From assembly GCA_948436975.1 (NCBI GenBank), contig CAOJJB010000001.1, positions 80,095 to 144,094 of the forward strand: a DNA stretch of 64,000 nucleotides, read 5' to 3'. Shown here piece after piece: positions 49,701-57,201 of the stretch (the first letter of the stretch is position 1; the number at the start of each line of letters is the position of its first letter). The position numbers were made by a program, and so were the translations under genes. The DNA comes from an uncultured Clostridium sp. (GTDB lineage Bacteria > Bacillota > Clostridia > TANB77 > CAG-508). The notes under the pieces are model-generated. The model made no database searches and was not told where the DNA came from. It was given only the letters and a program-made list of their open reading frames with translations.

Positions 49701-52700
49701 GTGAAGAGTTAGAATTAGAAAATAATTTAAATGTAGCTACTAGTAAATATCCAGAAACAATAGGATATTATATAGAGAAGAAAGAAGGAGCATTAAATAC
49801 TTATACAATTAAGCACAATATAACTATTACTTTAATGTTTAAGTATCAAGGACAGAGAATATTAACACTTCCAGTCTCTGTAACTAATATAGACGAAGTT
49901 GAACCAGTAGGAACTATAAAATATAGTAATACAGAACCTACTTACAGAAATGTAACAGCAACAATTGAATTTAATAAACCAAATGTTAAAATTTTAAATA
50001 ATGAAGGAAAAGATACATTTAGATTTGAGGAAAATGGAAGCTTTACATTTGAATATGAAGATGAAGTAGGACGTAGAAGAACATCAACAGCTAATGTAGA
50101 TTGGATTATAGAAGACTCTGATGATGTAGTACCAACTATTTTATACAGTGAGAAAGAACCAACTAACAAAGATGTTATTGCTACAATTACATTTGATCAA
50201 GATGAGGTAAGAATTGTAGATGAGCAAGGAAATGATATACCTAATGGAAATATATATACATTTACAGAAAATGGAACACATGTGTTTAACTATATAGATA
50301 AAAAAGGAAAAGCTGGAACAGCAACAGCAGAAGTATTTAACATAGACAAAGAGGTTCCAATAGCTAATATAACATATAGCACAACTGATAAAACTAATAA
50401 ACCAGTAACAGCTACTATTAGTTTTAATGAAGAAAATGTAATAGTTGAAGGTGGAGATACACATACATTTGATGATAGTGGATCTTATACATTTAATTTT
50501 ATGGATCAAGCTGGAAATAGAGGTTCAGCAGTAGCAGAGGTTGACTGGATACGTAAAACATTACCAAATGCAACAATAACCTATGATGAAACAGAATTAA
50601 CATGCAAAGATGTAACAGCAACAATTAGTTTCGATTTAGAAAATGTAGATATTATAGATGAAGAGGGAAATGTAATTCCTGATGGAGATCAATATGTATT
50701 TACAGAAAATGGAACACATATATTTAGATTTAGAGGTCCTTATGGAAATGAAGGTTCAGCAGTTGCAAGAGTAAATTACATTGATAAAGTATTACCAGTT
50801 CCAACAATAACATATGATGTTGAAAACCAAACAAGTGGAAATGTAACTGCAACAATTACTTTTGACAAACGTAATGTAACAGTAGAAGGTGGAAATAAAC
50901 ATGTATTCACTACTAATGGAGAGCATACATTCAATTTTATGGATGAAGCTGGAAATAAAGGCTGGGCAACTGCAAAAGTAACTTGGATTGATAGTGATTT
51001 ACCAATAGCAAGTATCACTTATAGTCCAGAGAGGCCAGTTGGATCTGCTAAAGTGAACACAGATGTAGTAGCAACAATAAGCTTTAATGAAGAAAATGTA
51101 AAAATAGTAAATAATGGTGGAAGCAATAAGTATACTTTTGAACAAAATGGAGAGTATGAATTTGCATTTGAAAATGAAAAAGGTGAAAGAGGAACAGCTT
51201 TGGCACAAGTAAGTTGGATAGATAAAGAAGTTCCAAAAGCAACAATAACTTATGATAAGACTGGGCCAACAAATCAAGATGTAACAGCTAGAATAACATT
51301 TGATAAAGAAAATGTAAGAATAACAAATAATGGAGGAAAGAATACTTATACATTTACAGAAAACAATGAATTTGAATTTGAGTTTGTAGGACCATCAGGA
51401 AATACTGGAAAAGCAAAAGCAACAGTTAATTGGATTGATAAAGTTGCACCAGTTGCAACAATAACATATAATCCAGAAAATTTAAGCAACGGAGATGTAG
51501 TAGCAACAATTACATTTAATGAAGAAGATGTTACGATAACAAACAATGACGGAAAGAATACCTATACGTTTACAGAAAATAGTGAGTTTATGTTTGAATT
51601 TAGAGATAGAGCTGGAAATACAGGAAGTAAACTTGCAAAAGTAACTTGGATAGATAAAGAAGCTTTAAATGCAACAATTTCATATAACATAAATGAACTA
51701 ACAAATCAAGATGTAATAGCTAGTATTAGCTTTAACAAAGAAAATGTAACAGTAGGAGGTGGAAACACACATACATTTACAGAGAATGGAGAGTATACTT
51801 TTGAATATATAGATGGTGCTGGAAACAGAGGAAGTAAGCTTGCGAAGGTTGATTGGATTGATAAGAAAGTACCAATAGGAACAATCACATATAGTACAAC
51901 AAATCCAACAAATCAAAATGTAACTGCAACCATAAACTTTGATAAGGAAGATGTAACAATAACAAATAATGATGGAAATAGCACATATACATTTACAGAA
52001 AATAGCGAATTTACTTTTGAATTTGTAGATAGGGCTGGAAACATTGGTACATCAAAAGCATATGTTGATTGGATAGATAGAAAACTACCAGTAGCAACAA
52101 TAACTTATAACATAAATACTTTGACAAATCATGATGTAGTAGCAACAATAACTTTTGATAAAGATAATGTAGAAGTAGAAGGTGGAAATACACATACATT
52201 TACAGAAAATGGAGAATATGAATTTGCATTTATAGGACCTGCTGGAAATATTGGAACAGCAATAGCAAAGGTTGACTGGATAGATAAAAAAGCGCCAGTA
52301 GCAACAATAACATATAGCACAACAAATCCAACAAGTTCTGAAGTTACAGCTAGAATAACATTTGATAAAGAAAATGTTATTGTAGAAGGTGGAAATATTC
52401 ATACATTTACAGATAATGATGAATTTATATTTAAGTTTATAGACGCTGCTGGAAATACAGGAACAGCAAAAGCAAAAGTTACATGGATAGATAAGACATT
52501 ACCAAAAGCAACAATAACATATAGTACAACAGAGTTAACAAATCAAGATGTAACAGCAACAATTAGTTTTGATAAAGAAGATGTAAGAATAATAAATAAT
52601 AACGGAAGTAATATTTATACTTTTACAAGTAATGGAAAATTTGAATTTGAATTTGTAGGACCTGATGGAAATAGAGGAACAGCAATAGCAGAAGTTAATT

Positions 52701-55700
52701 GTATAGATAAGGATGTGCCAGTTGCAGAAATTAGTTATGATATAACTACTCCAACAAATAAAAATGTAACAGCAATAATTACATTTAATGAGGAAAATGT
52801 AACAGTAAAAGATGGAAATACACATGTATTTGAAGATAGTGGAGAATATACATTTGAATTTGAAGATAAAGCAGGAAACAGGGGTACAGCAGTAGCAAAA
52901 GTTGATTGGATAAAGAAAACATTGCCAAATGCAACCTTCACATATAATATAGACACATTAACAAATCAAGATGTAACAGTTACAATCAGTTTTGATAGAG
53001 AAGGAACAATAGTTACAAATAATGATGGAAACAATACTTATACATTTACTAAAAATGGAAACTTTACATTTGAATTTATAGGACCTTATGGAAATGCAGG
53101 TGTAGCAACAGCAAGTGTGGACTGGATAGATAAAGAAGTTCCAGTACCAACAATAACTTATAGTACAACAGAAATGACAAACCAAGATGTAACAGCAACA
53201 ATTACATTTAATGAGGAAAATGTAATTGTAAAAGGTGGAAATACACATGTATTTGAAGATAGTGGAGAATATATATTTGAATTTGAAGATAAAGCAGGAA
53301 ACAAGGGTACAGCAGTAGCAAAAGTTGATTGGTTAAAGAAAACATTGCCAAATGCAACAATAACATATAGTACAACAAATCCAACAAATCATGATGTAAT
53401 TGCAACAATTACTTTTGATATAGAAGGTGTTATTGTATTAGGTGGAAACACACATAGATTTACTGAAAATGGAACATATTTATTTGAATTTGTAGGACCT
53501 TATGGAAATAAAGGAACAGCAAGGGCAGAAGTTTATTGGATAGATAGAGTTGAGCCAAATGCAACAATAACATATAGCACAACAAATCCAACAAATCATG
53601 ATGTAATTGCAACAGTTACTTTTGATAAAGAAAATGTAAGAATAACAAACAATGATGGAAAGAATACGTATACATTTACAGAAAATGGTCAATTTGAGTT
53701 TGAATTTGTAGGACCTGCTGGAAATACAGGTGTTGCGATTGCAACTGTAGATTGGATTGACAAAACATTACCAAAAGCAACAATCACATATAACACAACA
53801 GAACTAACAAATCAAGATGTAACAGCTAGTATTACATTTGATAAAGAAAATGTAAGAATAATAAACAATGATGGAAAGAATATGTATACATTTACAGAAA
53901 ATGGTCAATTTGAATTTGAATTTGTAGGGCCTGCTGGAAATAGAGGAACAGCAATAGCAAAAGTTGACTGGATAGATAAAGTGATACCAGTAGCAGAAAT
54001 TAGTTATAGTATAGAGAGTGCAACAAATCAGCCAGTAATAGCTACAATAACCTTTAATGAAGAAGATGTTGTAGTAGAAGGTGGAAATACACATACATTT
54101 ACAGAAAATGGAGAGTATATCTTTAAGTATTCAGATAAAGCTGGAAATCAAGGTGCAAAACTTGCAAAAGTTACATGGATAGATAAGACATTACCAGTTG
54201 CAACAATTACTTATGATATAAATGATTTAACAAATCAAGATGTAATAGCTAGTATAGCATTTGACAAAGAAAATGTTGTAGTAGAAGGTGGAAATACACA
54301 TACATTTATAGAAAATGGAGAGTATCAATTTAAGTTTGTAGGACCAGCTGGAAATAAAGGAACAGCAATTGCAAGAGTAGATTGGATTGATAAAATAGCA
54401 CCAACAGCAGAAGTAACTTATAATATTACAACAGAAACAGAAGAAAATGTAATTGCAACTTTAGAAAACGAAAGTGAAGAAATTACAATAACAAATAATG
54501 ATGGAAATAACACATATACATTTACACAAAATGGAACATTTACATTTGAATTTAGAGATGAAGCAGGAAATAAAGGAACAGCTATAGCTACTGTAAATTG
54601 GATTAAAATGTCTGAAGATGAATATCAAGAACTTAAGACTAAAGCTATTGAAAAAATAGAAGCTTATAGATCTACAGTAACTGATGAAGAATTAAATAAT
54701 AAGAAAATTAATACAAATGTTAAAAATGATGTTATTGCAGCTTATGATCTTTTAAGAAATGCAGACAAAGCTGAATATACGGAATTTATTAACAGAATAA
54801 AACAAGGTGGAAAACCAATTATTACATTAGTAGAAAATAGTTACAATATTATAGTTGGAACACCAATTAACTTATATAAACTTATTACTATAAAAGATAA
54901 TGAAGATGGAGTTATTGAATCAAATAGTGAAAATGTAAAAATAACAACAAACCTAGACACAAGTGTTCCAGGAGTTTATACTGTAGAATATGAAGTAACA
55001 GATGTTGATAAAAATATATCTACTATATCAATAGAAATAACGGTATTAGAGGAGCAGATAGAATCAGAATTAATAGCAACAATTTCTTATGATATAACTG
55101 ATTTAACAAATCAAGATGTAACAGCAACAATTTCATTTAATAAAGATGATGTAAATATTATAGATGAAGAAGGAAATATAATTCCTAATGGACATGAATA
55201 CGTATTTACAGAAAATGGAACACATATATTCCGTTATCAAGATAAAAATGGCAACATAGGTGAGAAAATAGCAGAAGTAACATGGATAGATAAAGTAGAA
55301 CCTATAGCAACAATAACATATAGTACAGAAGTAGAAACACTAGAGCCAGTAATAGCAACAGTAAGCTTTGATAAAGAAAATGTAATAATAACAAATAATG
55401 ATGGAAATAACACATATACTTTTACAGAAAATGGAGAATTTACATTTGAATTTAGAGATGAAGCAGGAAATACAGGAACAATAACTGCTGTAGTTAGTTG
55501 GATAGAAAATGTTGATAATGATAGTGATATTACTTCTAGTGAGTATGAAATAGAAGGACAATATATAACAAGAATTATACCAAATACTACTGTATTAGAA
55601 TTTAAAAATAATATACAAACAACACAGAATGTTATTATAAAAGATAAGGATCAAAATGTAGTAAGTGATGAAGAAGAAGTTAAAACTGGTATGACAATAG

Positions 55701-55930
55701 AAGTTGGAGAAAGATCAAAATATATTCTTGTAGTTATAGGAGATATAGATGGTAATGGAAAAATTACAGTTACTGACTTAGCTAGAATGAAATTACATCT
55801 TATAGAATCTAATGAGTTAATAGGAAGTGCATTTAAAGCAGCCGATATTAATAATGATGGTAATATTACAGCTACTGATTTAGCAAAAATAAAATTAATA
55901 TTAATTAATAAATTAACATTAGGTAATTAG
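43796..55930 (+). CDS. Giant (4044 aa) secreted protein: NPCBM-like domain, transglutaminase/papain-like Cys-His core, F5/8 type C (discoidin) domain, about 35 tandem Ig-like repeats, a DUF5011-like Ig domain and a C-terminal dockerin
   Basis: Signal peptide MKTGKKKILITACTVSLLTISTCFFANA. The NPCBM-like segment (about 44095..44545) reads FTYLSDIP...FDKGIWAHATSDVYYDL...YLRLYANDNGANGKDHSVYADAKL. The Cys-His core spans about 45340..45500. The discoidin-like segment (about 46565..47030) reads AKNAIDGNF...FITLEFKEPVYLSRLDYIPS...YIKIIATQTNDGYIGARGFNFYED. The repeats span 47048..55510 and the dockerin 55739..55915. Confidence 0.85.
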   Translation: MKTGKKKILITACTVSLLTISTCFFANANVAEKDEQSKVLQVSSENMVLDTDYVIEQSKDLLTQSIENIELQTIEADFESKNAIKVPALPTTYSAETRATGKFTYLSDIPRMSKSTTKYGTILNDITSSNTKITVKVGGTATSFDKGIWAHATSDVYYDLRNFKEYDYFSAYLGLNTTSNGGNGVTFVISTSNDGQNWIEKYRAEVLPNQNAVECRIPIEGNRYLRLYANDNGANGKDHSVYADAKLLTADYSDGTGIPTVFDLEAQIRNMDENDPKLEHMVLQREFVSRVGRTTLLDFVNQGDSSRETLGWLMGDSDTLGLYFYGSTPIGGYKNSLNVLTKLYQTYKNDLNDDTVKNGVRNGDLFKKMIMAISHTHSTLVRSFLPNVEEDGVTNSNRNDPNSSHVSDPVRRYAVYKKMYLADKLSSVFPKLEVEEMKVVVRALISDNEIEWFRDYIASRGPYTHAWLSYNAKFRYFEDKYYSEENKTMWNNKFHFLEYGIPYQKYLVPQWIVYAAGTQCVGFGDTSANAYSSTGIPAFPVHQPGHIAYGVAHYNSNGDASWQLYNSGATWGNSSYGTSTFYNATKNSPTKQAVYSYRGLLGWGQQYSTGCENLSYLAIAQEAVNDYSNYLIAEKYVMLANAYKGDVAKQEEFYRKAINAQNINVDAWYALVQLYKNSNVYTEEDCLNLIKEFQVIYKVRPLAFYDLFGMIIGKITTPTLNAEAVSLKTATLQWAEVSSNSIHRSVAQVLLGKPQSELATFSFDGQYAGQIRLGSMFNEDNRSTWEYSIDGGKTWTETDQLYVQLTETELVGVNERDHIRVHIIGTEIRSTIQIDKTLILSPDMELYENDAEDTFFVYGNRKLDWKYTDDSGGASAWKSYDEVKPNLSGNRKLTVRPSATGTNLPANVHVFTFTDNKYEANETYIKVKNLSVVDSTPSSKNTPAKNAIDGNFGLWETQQYTHDFTRWLSASKTDENKFITLEFKEPVYLSRLDYIPSDEQNHSGLGSKPFLGRIMQGEVLGSMDGENWTKLGDINNWANNASTKTLRFAETQKVKYIKIIATQTNDGYIGARGFNFYEDTTKESPPTATVMYSTTQKTNKEVVATLENFNSDTVVVENGITSYTFTENGSYTFNLRDTENGRTNEVVASVTWIDREKPSADIQYIELPNTKGHVQAKVVNISKNVFILDEQDRPIRYIENSGNNIYEFNFDPDTKQIINMVLKDTNNNIKWLRGYKLLDPSKPVSNIFEDPTKDMTGMGFPASMTSMGYTEDKEYIIAYFAAYSGANITKEIIYDENLKNATANYTAEELAEFRTRYTTDVQEDILKYVFTKNGEKTYKLRDRIGNTSEIKMAVDWINRGPYIAEISYDKESLTNEDVTATLTFKEEGVKITNLEEGVIETSNGGKYVFTENGDFRFKLLDAENVESYLDAKVTIIDRQVPQGIITYNTTRPTNQDVTATIDFDKTNVTITNNDGKNTYTFTENGSFTFEFVDKAGNVGTMIAAVDCIDRTTPIAQISYSTTSPTNREVVANIVDSNKDITITNNNGDSVYTFTENGEFTFEFVDEAGNTGTAIAKVDWIDKEEIIPTINYRINSPTGKAETAIITFNKANVTITNNNGKNTHRFEDNGEFTFEFRDEAGNTGTATAKVDWIDKVIPTARIFYSETSGTKGPVTATLISPTKEITVTNNGGNRIYTFTKNGKFTFEYEDKAGNLGETVAEVTWIDNEAPTATITYSTTEDTKSPVVATLHLEDPNMGLLPTTQTYTFTKNGEYTFNFEDSLGNKGTKTAIVNWIYSGDLTADIKYEKTDDGVLATLVNESRNITITNNGGNRTYLLTEENSTFTFEYMDSFGEVGIAEAKFENMNGPATINYSIKTSLTSVNGVPTMIAKMRADLVLPLGYQMKKATAPKYYLFAEKGTYTFEYINKETGEEYKATATADWFPEVSAEYSTTELTQNSVDLVIHFNKEGEELELENNLNVATSKYPETIGYYIEKKEGALNTYTIKHNITITLMFKYQGQRILTLPVSVTNIDEVEPVGTIKYSNTEPTYRNVTATIEFNKPNVKILNNEGKDTFRFEENGSFTFEYEDEVGRRRTSTANVDWIIEDSDDVVPTILYSEKEPTNKDVIATITFDQDEVRIVDEQGNDIPNGNIYTFTENGTHVFNYIDKKGKAGTATAEVFNIDKEVPIANITYSTTDKTNKPVTATISFNEENVIVEGGDTHTFDDSGSYTFNFMDQAGNRGSAVAEVDWIRKTLPNATITYDETELTCKDVTATISFDLENVDIIDEEGNVIPDGDQYVFTENGTHIFRFRGPYGNEGSAVARVNYIDKVLPVPTITYDVENQTSGNVTATITFDKRNVTVEGGNKHVFTTNGEHTFNFMDEAGNKGWATAKVTWIDSDLPIASITYSPERPVGSAKVNTDVVATISFNEENVKIVNNGGSNKYTFEQNGEYEFAFENEKGERGTALAQVSWIDKEVPKATITYDKTGPTNQDVTARITFDKENVRITNNGGKNTYTFTENNEFEFEFVGPSGNTGKAKATVNWIDKVAPVATITYNPENLSNGDVVATITFNEEDVTITNNDGKNTYTFTENSEFMFEFRDRAGNTGSKLAKVTWIDKEALNATISYNINELTNQDVIASISFNKENVTVGGGNTHTFTENGEYTFEYIDGAGNRGSKLAKVDWIDKKVPIGTITYSTTNPTNQNVTATINFDKEDVTITNNDGNSTYTFTENSEFTFEFVDRAGNIGTSKAYVDWIDRKLPVATITYNINTLTNHDVVATITFDKDNVEVEGGNTHTFTENGEYEFAFIGPAGNIGTAIAKVDWIDKKAPVATITYSTTNPTSSEVTARITFDKENVIVEGGNIHTFTDNDEFIFKFIDAAGNTGTAKAKVTWIDKTLPKATITYSTTELTNQDVTATISFDKEDVRIINNNGSNIYTFTSNGKFEFEFVGPDGNRGTAIAEVNCIDKDVPVAEISYDITTPTNKNVTAIITFNEENVTVKDGNTHVFEDSGEYTFEFEDKAGNRGTAVAKVDWIKKTLPNATFTYNIDTLTNQDVTVTISFDREGTIVTNNDGNNTYTFTKNGNFTFEFIGPYGNAGVATASVDWIDKEVPVPTITYSTTEMTNQDVTATITFNEENVIVKGGNTHVFEDSGEYIFEFEDKAGNKGTAVAKVDWLKKTLPNATITYSTTNPTNHDVIATITFDIEGVIVLGGNTHRFTENGTYLFEFVGPYGNKGTARAEVYWIDRVEPNATITYSTTNPTNHDVIATVTFDKENVRITNNDGKNTYTFTENGQFEFEFVGPAGNTGVAIATVDWIDKTLPKATITYNTTELTNQDVTASITFDKENVRIINNDGKNMYTFTENGQFEFEFVGPAGNRGTAIAKVDWIDKVIPVAEISYSIESATNQPVIATITFNEEDVVVEGGNTHTFTENGEYIFKYSDKAGNQGAKLAKVTWIDKTLPVATITYDINDLTNQDVIASIAFDKENVVVEGGNTHTFIENGEYQFKFVGPAGNKGTAIARVDWIDKIAPTAEVTYNITTETEENVIATLENESEEITITNNDGNNTYTFTQNGTFTFEFRDEAGNKGTAIATVNWIKMSEDEYQELKTKAIEKIEAYRSTVTDEELNNKKINTNVKNDVIAAYDLLRNADKAEYTEFINRIKQGGKPIITLVENSYNIIVGTPINLYKLITIKDNEDGVIESNSENVKITTNLDTSVPGVYTVEYEVTDVDKNISTISIEITVLEEQIESELIATISYDITDLTNQDVTATISFNKDDVNIIDEEGNIIPNGHEYVFTENGTHIFRYQDKNGNIGEKIAEVTWIDKVEPIATITYSTEVETLEPVIATVSFDKENVIITNNDGNNTYTFTENGEFTFEFRDEAGNTGTITAVVSWIENVDNDSDITSSEYEIEGQYITRIIPNTTVLEFKNNIQTTQNVIIKDKDQNVVSDEEEVKTGMTIEVGERSKYILVVIGDIDGNGKITVTDLARMKLHLIESNELIGSAFKAADINNDGNITATDLAKIKLILINKLTLGN
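47048..55510 (+). repeat. In-frame tandem array of about 35 repeat units (207-231 bp; 69-77 aa Ig-like modules), interrupted at 54606..55070
   Basis: The consensus is P.ATITYSTT.PTNQDVTATITFDKENV.ITNNDGKNTYTFTENGEFTFEF.D.AGN.GTA.AKVDWIDK. There are three subtypes: ITNNDGKNTYTF (72 aa), VEGGNTHTF (69 aa) and IIDEEGN.IP.G..YVF (77 aa). The 35 units come from my manual count. Confidence 0.9.
55739..55915 (+). other. Dockerin module of the 4044-aa protein
   Basis: GDIDGNGKITVTDLARMKLHLIESNELIGSAFKAADINNDGNITATDLAKIKLILIN contains two 12-residue Ca-binding loops of the DxNxDGxxxxxD type (Asp/Asn swapped at loop positions 3 and 5 in the first) plus helices. It is preceded by the same type of linker module as in the LRR protein. 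Confidence 0.8.
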
Positions 55931-55954
55931 TATACTATTAGAGTTATAAGATTT

Positions 55955-55995
55955 AGAGTGTTAACAATAATCAAAATTGTTAGCACTCTTTTGTT
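55955..55995 (+). terminator. Rho-independent terminator after the 4044-aa gene
   Basis: agagtgttaacaat pairs with attgttagcactct (14 bp, one G-U pair), with a 7-nt loop and TTTT following. Confidence 0.8.
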
Positions 55996-56169
55996 ATTAT
56001 ATTAAATTGATTTAAGATTACTACATTTAGAAATATTAGTAGTAGCAAAAATCAACAGATTGTAAACTTAATAAATAGAAGTATTGATTTAGATTGCAAG
56101 ATAGTATATAATAATAAATGTAAGATAAAAAGTAATCTATAAAGATATGATTACCAAGAGGAGATTCAA

Positions 56170-56814
56170 ATGAGAAATAAAAGAATTTTAGTAATATCAA
56201 TAATAGTATTTATAATAGTTGCATTGGTTGCATTATTATTAGTTTTAAATAAGGGACATATTGGAGAATATTCTTTGGTATATGTAGAACCAGTAGAAGA
56301 AAAAGAAGAAGAGATAAAGCCACAACTTAAATTAGAATTAGAAAAAGAATTATTATCATCAAAAAACAAAAAGGAAGTATCAGAAATGACAGTTACAATA
56401 GATGGAGAAAATGTTACAGAAGGAGTAGAATTTTCTTCATCAGATGAAGAAGTAGTAAAGATTAATGAAGATAATAAATTAGTAGCAGTAAAAGATGGAA
56501 AATCTATAATTACAGCTACATATGATGGAATGGATGCAACAGCAGAAATAAGAGTAATAACACCAATAAAATCTATGACATTTAGTTCAACAAATAGTAC
56601 AATAAGAGTAGGAAAAGACTTACAAATGAAACTAAAAGTAACACCATCAGATGCTTATATAGATACATTAACATACACATCAAGTGATGAGGAAATTGCT
56701 ACAGTTGATGCAAGTGGAATAGTAACTGGAGTAGCTCCTGGAAAAGTAATTATAACAGTATATGATACATATACTGAAACAGAAAAGTCAGTAAAATTGA
56801 CAATAAAAAAATAA
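56170..56814 (+). CDS. Membrane-anchored protein with two Big_2 (bacterial Ig-like group 2) domains
   Basis: RBS agaggag lies upstream and the protein has an N-terminal TM. The first Big_2 pattern is VEFSSSDEEVVKINEDNKLVAVKDGKSIITATYDGMDATAEIRV and the second is LTYTSSDEEIATVDASGIVTGVAPGKVIITVYD. Confidence 0.75.
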   Translation: MRNKRILVISIIVFIIVALVALLLVLNKGHIGEYSLVYVEPVEEKEEEIKPQLKLELEKELLSSKNKKEVSEMTVTIDGENVTEGVEFSSSDEEVVKINEDNKLVAVKDGKSIITATYDGMDATAEIRVITPIKSMTFSSTNSTIRVGKDLQMKLKVTPSDAYIDTLTYTSSDEEIATVDASGIVTGVAPGKVIITVYDTYTETEKSVKLTIKK

Positions 56815-56836
56815 TTAAAAGTAATATATAATTGAG

Positions 56837-56878
56837 ATGCCAACATTATTAGAAATAATAATGTTGGCATTTTTTTTG
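56837..56878 (+). terminator. Strong rho-independent terminator
   Basis: A perfect 14-bp stem (atgccaacattatt with aataatgttggcat), a 6-nt loop, and T8. Confidence 0.9.
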
Positions 56879-57201
56879 TTACCAAATTTTACTTCAATTT
56901 CCTAATATAGAAAATTTGCATTATATTACATGAAATTATTTTTAAGAATTTTTATGTATATAAAATTAGTAAGATTTAGGATATTTATATATAGTGAAAC
57001 CTATAATTCCCTAAGAAATCTTATAGAAATATTACAAAATGTTAGTGAAAAATAATAAAAAAGAAATAAAATTTCTTTAAAGTATTTCCTTACATAAAAT
57101 ATACTTATTGTAACATATGTGAAATTGTTATTAATATAAGAAAGTAGTATATTTAAATTACTAAAATAGCGTTTAGTGCAAGTAAAAGGAGAAAATCTAA
57201 T

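Noticed and set aside
47048-55510. Regular repeat periodicity that could superficially suggest a CRISPR array or a satellite
   Set aside because: The period is 207-231 bp, the units are divergent, and all lie in one continuous reading frame encoding Ig-like modules. There are no short identical repeats with unique spacers.
48080-55561. Many minus-strand ORFs of 60-120 aa listed in the track inside the 4044-aa gene, for example 48080..48343, 50141..50509, 52085..52402 and 53804..54094. Similar ones occur inside the other large genes.
   Set aside because: They are antisense shadows of a purine-rich, stop-poor coding strand. Their translations are Cys/Phe/Ile/Tyr low complexity that repeats with the sense-strand period, they lack an RBS, and they overlap strongly supported genes completely.
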